A DNA stretch of 64,000 nt, taken from Lytechinus pictus. Its lineage: Eukaryota. The translations under genes and the position numbers were made by a program. This document shows positions 38,401 through 50,400 of this stretch, in pieces. The notes beneath the pieces were generated by a model. The model was given only the letters and a program-made list of their open reading frames with translations. It searched no databases and was not told the origin of the DNA. The DNA lies in contig NC_087250.1 of the NCBI RefSeq assembly GCF_037042905.1, positions 15,936,001 through 16,000,000 of the forward strand, in the 5' to 3' direction. Numbering within the stretch: the stretch's first letter is position 1; every line of letters begins with the position of its first letter.

Positions 38401-41400
38401 CAAAGTCCCCAACTTCTTAACCCTATTTTAGGAATATTTCAGACCAGGATATACTGGATTCCCCCCCTCCCCCAGATTGCGGCCGCTGATTGCGTGATTG
38501 CCGCAAAATTTTGCACGCACGTAGAGCCAGATGTAAACTGAAAGATTGTAAAGTAAAATTTTCAAAAAATTTGTTTAGATTTTTTTATTAATTAATTATG
38601 CAAATAAGCTTATGAAATTTGCCCTAAATTTTTTTGGTGTGGATGTTTTCGCCTTTAACTCACTTTATATAGCTAGTAGAATGCTAATTTTGGTGAGAGT
38701 ATCGATTTCTACATTTCTAACACATACATATGTATAGACAAAAATTTGCCAAAAATATAATTATTTTCTATGTATTTTATTGTTCTTTTTAAAGTTCTTA
38801 TGCATTTCTTAGTTTTTTAAACCTTTGTTTTTTATTGTTTTTCTAATGAACTTTGTCGGGGACCCTTTTGCGATCATAAATATCATAAAATAAATCCATT
38901 TACACCAACAGAAGTAAAAAATAATCATACATTTATGATTTTTGGTTGAAAAACACAATTTGCATTGACTTCGTACACTGAATCACGTTTTTTTTAGCAA
39001 TTTTAGGTCTGACATGCACTTACAGAATGTTGTGTAATTTCGAAATCGCGTACCCGAGGGTTGGAAAAAATGTTCAAAAAATTTCGCGCGGCAGTGAAAC
39101 AATGAAATTTGTCGAGGGGGGGTCAAATTGACCCCCCCCCCCCATCAGATAAGGGTTGATGTGGCCTTGTTTCTGGCTCTACATGTATATGCTACTCATT
39201 ATATTCATTGCCAAGAAGCGAAACAAGTACTTCACTCCTCGAAATACAGAATATCCATTGCAGTTTTTGAGCCTACACAAAAGAATGTGTAACTTTGGAA
39301 CCCTGCGCCCGGGCCTCTCTGATTCGGTCTTAAAAGTTACAAGAAACTTGAAAGAAAAAAGGTCAAGAAATGTTGTGGTGAAATCACTTTACACTTAGGA
39401 ATTATTGGGTAAATTGTCAAAGGCAAGAGGGGGGGGGGCTTCCAACCTTAAAATATGTAGGATCTAACAAACTTTTATCTTTTAACAAAATTACTGTTTT
39501 TCTTTTTTTTTTGTAGTTGATTAATGGCAGTGACTCGATTTCTTCATATGAAGCTGGCCAACGGTCTGTCATCTTCTATTTAGATGAGGTACAGTAATAG
39601 TGATGATGATAATAAAAATAATAGTAGGTTTGGTTTAATGATGCGCCAAATTCACTCTTTGGAGTGGCCAAGGTGCAATGAAAAAAAAATGAGGAAAGTG
39701 AGTGGGAGACAGTAGATACACTGTACGATGGTAAATCAATGTTGAACGTGGATTGGAAGCATGGTGTGGACTATACTCCAGGTGATGTATAATTATGTCA
39801 ATGGAAGTGCACTTCTTCCATAACCAGGGAATGTCATTCCAGGGAACTTAGCCAGGATATGCAAAATCTCATGCTCCCATGCCTTTGTGGAACCAGATTT
39901 AGATGAATGTAGGAATCTGATAGGAATGTATTTGTCGACCAGGGGCCCGTAACACAAAGCTTTGCAAAGATTGTAAAATAGTTTTCTACGATTGATTCCA
40001 CTGACTACAATGTATAATCAATCGTGAAAATCGAGTGTACGATTAATTGCTAACTTTTGTGTTATGGGACCCAGATCAACATTGTACTGAGGAGCATGAT
40101 CATCGATTGCTTTGAGAACAGGGAGTAGTATTTTCAAAAACCTACACAGCAACCAGTGTATTGGCTCTGCTGGTAGAGCGTCCCTCTCACAACAGACAGG
40201 TTGGCAGTTCAAAGCCCGGCTGCGTCAGACAAAAAGAGATTAAAGGATGAGAGTTGCTGCTACCCTTTTTGGTGTTCAATGATTCAAGGGATAGCGCTAC
40301 CTGGATCCGACACTGCACAGTGTCTGCCAGGTTCACAATCAATTGGGCACAAACAATATTGGATGTATTTTTATTTCACATTTCATTTCGGACAATGAAA
40401 TATGGATTTTCATTTTTTTTTTCAATTTCATTTTCAATTTGTTGTTTCTTAGCGCTACAGGCTCCAGTAACAAAATGGTTAGGGGATTAATTGTAAACTT
40501 GAATTTTGCAATTAATTGTACATTGTAGTCAATGGAATCAACTGTAAAAAAATGTTCTGTGTTGATAGCTCAGGTTGTGCTACGGGCCCCAGATAGTTAT
40601 TATTATTATTATTTTAGATCTGCAGAACATCTGATACAAGTGCCATATGAGGTACATCTATACATTAAGGACGTTCCACAGTTATGTTTGTGCGCATTAT
40701 GATCTGCGCATTGTTTACACTCTGCGCGCTGACGTCACAATGAATGAACAGGTGATTAATTAGCTGCAGGTTTGAGCTGATTTTTCTCATCTTCTGCACT
40801 TTAACTGCAGATCCTATGCGTTATTTCATGAAACTAAAAAATCGAATTATTCAATGGACCATTCAAAAAAAATTCTCTACAATCTCAAAATACTTTACTC
40901 TGCAGTGCTGCCAAGAATCACGAATATTACCCCGAGTTTGAATAAATGGTAGAGTGGTTTTGATTTTTCTTCACATAGATACAAAGCATTCGCCGCATTT
41001 TTGGTGTTTTAAAAAGCACATTTGCTCTAATAAAAATGCTGATGGTTTAAAAACAAGCACATGAACCCCTATTTTTTAATGTTTGTACCTCTTAGGTATA
41101 CCTTCCTCTACAACTCTGCAAATTTTGGTGAAAATGACATGGATTTTGAATAAAGTGCAGCATATATTGTACGTTTGTAGTTTGTTACTGAAATTTCACA
41201 TTTTTTAGATTGGGATTTTGTTATCTTTTACGCCATTTTTAAGAACTGGCAGTGCTGTTAAACTTAAAATTGCAAACAAATAGCACTATAAATAGATTCT
41301 CCATTCTAATGATACAATTATTAACTCTCTTGCGAAATTTGATGACTTGTTCATGTATTTTGACTGAGTAATAGAGGTTTAAACTCATTGTAGTAATCTT

Positions 41401-44400
41401 GGGCGGTCTAAAAATGCCAAATTCGTTTGAATGCGCAATTCTTAAGAATATCAATTTTGGTGAAATTTGAAGCTCTATAGCAAAAAATCAAGCACATGGA
41501 CCTATGTTAATTTTTGCATATTTCGAATATTAAGGTTCTAAAGTATCTATGAGCAAAGTTTGGTGAAAATGACATGGATTTCACTTTAACTGTGGAACGT
41601 CCTTAAGCTGTTGGAGCTTGAGTCTGCATATATGCGGGCTAGAGTCTGTGGGACACATGTATTACAGCAAAATCATTCATTTTCAAACAGGTTGAAGACC
41701 CTGGCGTGAAGTTAGTTTATGTTGGTTCATTCATTTAAGTATAACACTAATATATGTGAGGGTGGACTAGTGTGTGTGTGTTATGTTTAATGGGCTTTAG
41801 GAGAAAAAAAGCTTTGTGTAATCCTTTAAAATCTACTCGTACTTGTACTGATGATGTACATGTATTTAAATATGTGTCCATATTCATATTATTATTACTG
41901 TTATGTTTTTTGTTTGTGTTTATTATTATAACTGTTATTCTTATTATTATTATCATTAGTATTATGAATTGTTCTTATTAGTTATCAATATTTTTGTTTA
42001 GATTATGATGATGATATTTGTTATTATCATTATAATTATTTGTTATTTGTTTTTCTGTAACCTAGATTCCAAAGACAAGTGACCTATGCTTCACATTTTA
42101 TGCTGAAACTGAAGTGGTTGTCGGGAATGTACAAGCGGCCGCTGTTCATGTGTATGACTACTACGATCCCGGTCAGTACCTTTTACATTTGACCTATCAC
42201 CCCCAAACCCTTGATAGTCGCCCAAATTGAAATTTGCAATTTAAATCGAGCGTTTTTAAAGCACAACTTAATTTTGAAAGGGATGTACATGTATAACTCT
42301 CACTGAATTTATTTTACATTCAACCAAGTACTTGCGTGGATTCTGCTTCAGTTTCTATGCACATTGTTTTTGACATGCCTCAGTATATATTTTCTGTAGT
42401 CTGACTGAATGAACAATTCGTTTGGTCTAAAATCAATAAAGAGAAGTCACTCTTAATGTTAGATTTCCCATCAAAACCTGCTTAGTGATTGCTACATTCA
42501 TCTCTGAAAAAGGGTTTCCTTTTTTTGTTTTCTGTGATGCACAAATGCATTTTTAAAGTTCAAGTTACTTGTTTAATTGGAACTTTGTTTTAAGCTTTGT
42601 TTGAAATGTTTAAAATGGATATCATTTTGTTTTGGCAGCTTAATGCTGTCCCTTCATATTTCTAGATGTTTTATTGTCTTGTTTGCAATACAGACCTGTC
42701 CTGTACTATTTTCTACAAGCCTGGCACAGGTAGTTCCCTTTTGAACACACTGTGCTCTGAAAATGAATGTATCTGCTCTGGTGGTTCACTTAGTAAGTAT
42801 CCAGTCACCTCCTATATCCCCTCTGGCTCCTTACCCCCTCCTCCACCCACCCCCCTCCCCTCCATCTTCTTCTCCCTCTCTTCCTCGCTCACTCCTTCTC
42901 TCCCTTCTCCCTCCCTCTCCCAACCCCCCTCCTCTCCATCCTCCTCTCTACCCTCCCTCACTCTCTCTCTTTCCTTCCTCTCTCCCTCACTCCCCTCCCT
43001 TCCCTCTCTCCCTCTCTGCCCCACCCCCTCCCCCATCTTCCTCTCCCTCTTTCTTCCTTCCTACCCTCCCTCCCCTCCCTCCCTCCCCCTCTCCCTCTCC
43101 TTGCCCCCTCTCTCCCCCTTCCTCTCTTCCCCTCCCCTCCATCTTCCTCTCCCTCCCCCTCCCTCCCTCTCTCTGTCCCTTCCGTCTTTTCCCCCTCCCC
43201 TCCATGCCCCTCACCACTCTTTCTCTCCGCTTGGGCTTTTTAACCATGTCTGAATAAAATCAGTCTCATCTTATTGACCGATCGGGCGATGTACATTTTA
43301 TTTGTGTAAAAAGATTAATTTGTTTCTGTTTATTCTGTTACAAAATTCTGCAACCCTACGGGATAATATGTATGGAAATCAAATGTATGGAAATCCATCT
43401 TTGTCATATTTTTTTCTGCATGAAATTTGCACACGTCCTTTGTAAACAAAGGGAAGCACACTGAATTTTCAAGAAAACAAAGAATGTATGAATAATAATA
43501 ATAATAGCGGTATATTTACCAAGGGTAGCCAATTCTGTTCCGAAAACTGTTTTCCCAGTGGGCCCTGCTATTATTACCCCTGCTTTAGCTGGGCTGCCTA
43601 GGCACTCAAGCATTCAAGGAATTAATCCTGCCGGGACCCATTCACCTCACCTTGGTCGAGTGCAGCTCAGTGTGGATAAACCTCTTGCTGAATGAATAAA
43701 CATATCTGGACAATATTTTGAACAAATTTGTATTTTAGATGTTGACTTTGCTAGCCATCCATAGTTGTGGCAGTTCGGATCAATCTTTGTAAGACGGGGC
43801 CCAGACTTTTAAAATCAAGTCAATGTTAGCCATTGTCTTTAAGATGTAAAAATGCCTGTCTTACAACAAATTATGATTAATCTGATCAACCTTAGATGTA
43901 TGAAAATCCATCAATGTCATATTTTTTCTGCATGAAATTGATTGATGCCTATTTCAATTCTGTTACAGAGTTCTGCAACCCTACTGATCGGTGCCCTCGT
44001 TTATATTCTGCTAGTGAATTGGAGGCAACTGCCTGTCAAAGCCACAGCAGTTATGGTAAATGATAATAATAATCATAATAAACAGTTCTTGTATACCACA
44101 TATCACATTATGATTACAATTGCCCGTATTCTGAAGTTTTCTGAAGAAGGCTTAACTCAGACCATGGGTAAACTCCCTGCTAAAATTATGGGAAGCCAAA
44201 AGTGTCAAAATTTTATTAAGTTGTGTATTTCTTATGTTTACTGTGCTCTTTGCTGATTCATCGATGGTGAAGAAAATAATCTTTTTATACTTCCTAGACA
44301 ATTATGAATGATTTGAGAGCCAAATGAGCTGAAATATGATATATCTACGTACCATTAGTGATTTATGTTACAATTGGCTATCCATACTTAAACCAAAACT

Positions 44401-47400
44401 TTAAACCTGAGTTTAAGTTAAACCCGACTTCAGAATACGGGCTAATGTCTATATTACTCTCTATTACTCCGGCTTTAGCTTGGCAGCTGTAATTGGTTCC
44501 ATGAAATTTGCTCCGGCGACAATTGCTCTGATGGAAAATCTACACGTTAAAGGACAAACCCACCCCAACAAAACATTGATTCAAATAAAAAGAGAAAAAT
44601 CCAGCAAGCATAACACTGAAAATTTCATCAAAATCGGATGTAAAATAAGATAGTTATGACATTTTAAAGTTGTACTTAATTTCACAAGACAGTTATATGC
44701 ACATCCTAGTCGGTATGCATATTAGGGGACTAATGATGTCATCCACTCACTATTTCTTTTGTATTTTATTTTATGAAATATGGCATATTCCAATTTTCTT
44801 ATTGTCAAGTAGTGAAACAACAATAAATTACTCCCTGAACATGTGGAATTAGCATTGTTTGATACTATATGGTTCAGTCAAGTTGGTCTTTATTGTCAAA
44901 TTTATCATTAAATGAAATATTGTATAATTAAAACAATAAAAAACAAGAGAAATAGTGAGTGAAGGACATCATCGACTGTCTCATTTGCATGTCACTGAAA
45001 TGTGCATATTATTGTTTTGTGAAAAATAAGCGAAACTTTAAAAAATATCATAACTTTCTTATTTTACATCCGATTGTGATGAAATTTTCGGCGTTATGCT
45101 GCTTTGATTATTCTCTATTTATTCAAATCAACATTTTTTCAGGGGTGGACTTGATCTTTAAGCCATAGAACCCAACCTTGAAAACTAAATAAACCCTAAT
45201 CCTGATATTTACATTCTGCTGAAGCAAAAATTCTATTGCAATCCTAACTCTAACCCTATGCCCTCCGGAGCAAAAGTCGCAGGAGCAGATGTCTTGTCAT
45301 CGCCGTTATAACAGCGCATAAGCATTTTAAGGCATTAACCCTAAAAAGACTGGGCTACATGTATTTTAGATGCATCGAGAACTGAAGGGGGCCATCATGG
45401 CCCCCCTTCTTATCTCAGCTGCCGTTCGCGCGATTGCGCCGAAATTTGGCACGCACATTCTTTACCACATATATGATGGGGTGACCATAAATTGCGCACA
45501 TTTAAAAAATTATCATGAAGTTGATTTTCAATCAAAAATTTATCAAACCTCACACAAAATTAATCAAAATCATAAATACCAAATGGAAGGCAAGATCCCA
45601 AAGTCAAATTTGCTTGACGGAATTATAAAGTAGGTCAAGGGCTTCACTGGCATTGTGATCTCAAAATTCCATGACGATCGACTAGTGCGCGCTCGGCTGA
45701 AAAAGTGTGATCTTATTTTGTGCACAATCGTTTTGCAAGGCTTTAGAAAAGATATTAAGTAGACAAAGGTAAGATAATTATATCAGATGGAGGTTAAAAT
45801 ACCATAAATTCGATTGGTGCCACATTTTACTTATTTGGAGACCTCTGCTTGCGCAGACTAGCGATTTCTTGATGCTTGTCGAGAAGATCAGATTTAATCG
45901 GAGCGGACGCCAAAGGTAACAAAATTTGCTGATGTTTTGCGAATTTTTTTACAAAATAATAGAGACCTTACCTTCAACAAAATTACCATATTGAATAATT
46001 TTAAGTCGTTCTTTCTGTTGGTAATATCAGTTTTTCAAGATATTAATTAGATATTGAGATATTCGACCATGCGCAAAATTAGGTTACATGCGAATTAAGG
46101 TCGTCACACTACCATACTGCAAGCCAGTATAAAAAATCTGTTTTATTTATTATGAATGAAATATGCAAGATTATTCGTGAAAAACATTATTTGCATATTC
46201 AACCCCCAATTTCACTTCACATTTTCTTTTTTGTCCAGATGTCATCTTTGTAATCTAATTTAAAGGTTTCCACAAAGAAAAATTGTGAAAGCCAATTTTT
46301 TTCCTCATGTATTTCTTTGTTTTTAGAATTTCTTATGTATTTCTTTGTTTTTTCATCTTTTGTTTTTCATTGTTTTTTAATGAAAATTATAACAGATCAT
46401 TAAACAACTAAATTTAACCCATTGGTATTTGTCTTCAACATTCATGCTAATCTAACATTGTGTTTTATTGTACACAGCACTCAAGATCCACATTGAGCAA
46501 GAACAAGTAATAGGCGGATTCAGGGTGTACAACTTCACCGTCAAAAAACAAATAAAAAGGGGTAAGTTTCAAATTATTTAGCCCTAGATGTACTACCACG
46601 GGGTATTGAAATAGCCCCCCCCCCCCCCATTAACATTTTTATGATGAATCTGAAATGTTTCAGGATTGCACCACTTAGTTTATGACCTTTCTTTTAAAAG
46701 TCTTGAGTTAACTTTTGAGATTTTGCGACATCCTTGTACGCTGTTACGAAAGTAAGCATCGGTATTTAGGTGCATGTCAGACCCAAAATCGCTATGAAAC
46801 TTTTTTAACTATTTATGACCAAATAATGTTCCCAACAAATTTTCTTTAAAAAAAAATCATACAGAGGAAAGGTTTAAGAATACAAACGTGCACTGTAGAA
46901 ATTCAATAAAACAACAAATAACAAGAAATAAATTCTGGTAGCAAGATTTGTCTAAAGTACAATTATTGTGAATGCTGTTACACCAATCATTAGCATTATT
47001 CTATACTTTTTTGTTACTTAAGATTTATATTTATATTTTACCTCTGACAATTGTAAGCGATGTGATACTTTTTGTGTATAGCGCATATAAATAACCGTTA
47101 TTATTATTATATGAATTAGAATAAAAAAGTATGATTACATTCAATAATTACCATAGTTTATATATATGTCGGATTTGAACATAATTTTTGCTATTTATCT
47201 TACTTTATTTACTTTGTTTATCTGTATATACTCTGTTTCTATGGTTTTACACAAATTATTACTTTATAGTTAGTGTTTCACCCAAGTTTCCATTTCCTAT
47301 AGTGCCCGTAATTATTTCCTCACTTTCATTTCAGTGGTTTTTACCAGTGAATAAATTATACGATTTGCAATTTGTATCTATATTTTTTGTTCTCGTAACA

Positions 47401-50400
47401 CTTAAGTCATTTTCATGTTATCATTTATGTAAAAATATTTGTTTATTTATGTTACTACACTTTGCCTCTATAATAACTCAGAATTTGATTTTATTTACAT
47501 GTATGATATTGATGATTTTTGTTGTAATCCTGATTCTGTTTACATCAGATCATTTATGAAAAACAGCATTTTACTGATCTTATGTACCTGACTAAATATA
47601 TTCAAATAAATGAATAAATAAATAAATATATAAACGAATAAATAAATAAATGAAAAATGAATAAATGAATAAATAAATAAATAGATATATAAATATATAA
47701 ATAAATAAATATAGAAATGAATAAATAAATAAATATAGAAATGAATAAATATATATATAAATAAAAAAAATAAAAAAATAAATGAATGAATGAATATATA
47801 AATAAATAAATATCTAAATAAAGGTTATCATATATAATAACATATATCGATTTAGCAAAATTTACCCATGCAATTGCGTAGATTTTGCTTCATTTCAGAC
47901 ATTATGAGCAGTGTATAGGCGTGTAATATAGGTCCACTTGAATGATAATACAATATCCCTTCACTACTCAGTATTTTCATACAACAATGATTCTGTTAAT
48001 ACTAAGTACCAGTAGCTGAACAGGAACAATTGAAATTATTGGGAAATATATTCTTGGTTTTGTTGATAGTTATGTAAAAGAAAAAGGTGTATATTATTAA
48101 AAAGGCCAGTGCTAAGGGGGTCAATAAACTCTGACCAGTTTATTGAGGTTCAAACTTGTTTCATCTTGAATTGTCGTAATAACTTTGAAAGTCAGGTCAC
48201 AATCAAGGTCAAAGGTCATTTGTGGTCAATAAACTGTCCATTCTGTTGATGTTCAAGCTTGTTGTTTTATTTGTTTTCATAAACGAAGGAGACGAAAACA
48301 TTCCTTTGAACGGGATGAGGCAGTTGTATGTCAATGAAGGTTGTAAGTGCCCCAAAATTGGACAACGAAGTATCCCTGGTGACTTTTTACTCGTTGGCCG
48401 GGAATCCCTCAAGTACACCACCAAAGATGGAGTTGAAAGGTATATTAAAAGTAACACACATCATGGAGGGTAATAGTAAGAATTATACACACGTTTCTAT
48501 GGTAACAAGTGTGTGTAATTACTCAAATGCCCAATCAAAATGATGTGTATTATTTGTTTTATAAGTTAGTGATGTGAATCATTTTTATTTGTTTAACTAT
48601 TCTTAGAGACATCAAATTAACCCTTATCTAACGGAGGGGGGTCAATTCGATCCCCCTTAACAAATGTTGTTTTTTTAACCGCGCCGCTCGCTGAATTTTT
48701 ACTTTCAAGTCTTGCACATCTTTTTAGAACAAATATCCGACACCCGGGTTCATGGTTCAGAAATTTCGCAATATTTTGCATGTCAGACCCAAAATTGCAC
48801 AAAAACGTGATTCTGTGTACAAAGTCAATGCAAATTTTGTTCTTTCAACCAAATATCATAAATGTATGATTATTTTTACTTTTGTTGGTTTAAATGGATT
48901 TCGTTTATGTTACTTATGATCGCCAAAGGGTCCCCAACAAATTTCATTGGAAAAAACAAATTTAAAAAAGGTTCGAAAAAACAAAGAAATACATAAGAAA
49001 AAAAATAAATACATGTACATAAGAAATTGATTATATTTTGGCAATTTTTTTGTAGATATTTATTAGAAATGAAAAAAATTGATACTCTCACAAAAATTAG
49101 CATTCTACAAGATATAAAATGAGTTAAAGGCAAAACATTCACACACAAACATTTTTTGGGCAAATTTCAAATGCTTATTTGCATAATTAATTTGATAACA
49201 AAATATGAACAATTTATTTTTTGGAAATTTTACTATTCAGTGTTGTAGTTTACTTCCGGCTTTACAGGCGTGCAAATTTTTGTGGCGATCGTGCAATCAG
49301 TGGTCGAGATCTGAAGATCCTTATACCCTGGTCTGAAATATCCCAGTGAAAATGGGGTTAAGCACTAAATAAATTTTGCATATTATTCTTATTTTTATGA
49401 TTATTTTTCTCATAATGAAACCATGACCATTCAATAATCTGTACCATAAGGTCGGGGGGCAGATTCCGCTGCCCCTCTACATTTTTCAAGATAAATCTGC
49501 CGCGCGAAATGTTTTAAATCGCGCCGCTCACTGACTTTTTCCTTTCAAATCTCGCACAACTTTTGAGACCAAATTTGCAATGCCCGGGTATGCGGTTGCG
49601 AAATTACGCAACATTATGTAAGTGCATGTCAGACCCAAAACTGCTCAAAAACTTGAATTCATATACGAATCCCATGCAAATTGTGTATTTAGCAAAAATT
49701 CCTAAATGTATCATTATTTCTACTTTTACTGATTAACCTTAATTAATTTTGTCTTGTTTATGATCAGAATTAAGTCTGCAACAAGTTCCATCGAAAAAAC
49801 AAAAAAAACAAAGAAATACATTAAGAAATTTAAAAAAACAAAATACATGAGAAAAAAATTGTGATACCAATTTTTTTAAATAGTACATTTGATCGGATTC
49901 TACAAAGAGTCTGTGAATAAAAAATTAGCAGTTTTGGGGCCGTATGATAGTTGATTAGAGCAAATGTTTCATTTCATGCATAAATTATCATAGTTAATTC
50001 ATTATATGAAAAATCTTATTATTAAAAAAAAAACTAACCATACAGCCTTGTAGATTTTATCGCACACTACCATTGTGCAAATTTTCACGGCGCTCGCGCA
50101 ATCGAAGGCGGAGATCTCAGGGGGGGGCGGTCCAAATAACCCGGCTCTTTTAGGGTTAAATAAATCATGATCTGATTAATTTCAAAGTAATCAAATTACA
50201 AACAATACAAAACAAATACAAACAGCTTTATGAAACATATGCATGTTTACCTGATTGTTATTGTGGTAATATTTTATGCAAAGAAGCTACTCGGGGGGAC
50301 CGTAACACAAAGCTTAGCAATGATTTGACAACATTTTTCTATGATTGATTGCATTGACTTCAGTGTACAATTAATTGTGATAATCAAGCGTACGATTAAT

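Noticed and set aside
42793..43257. Pro/Ser/Leu-rich extension of ORF 42666-43253 and overlapping ORFs
   Set aside because: Read-through past the GTAAGT donor into a polypyrimidine tract; only 42694-42792 is coding.
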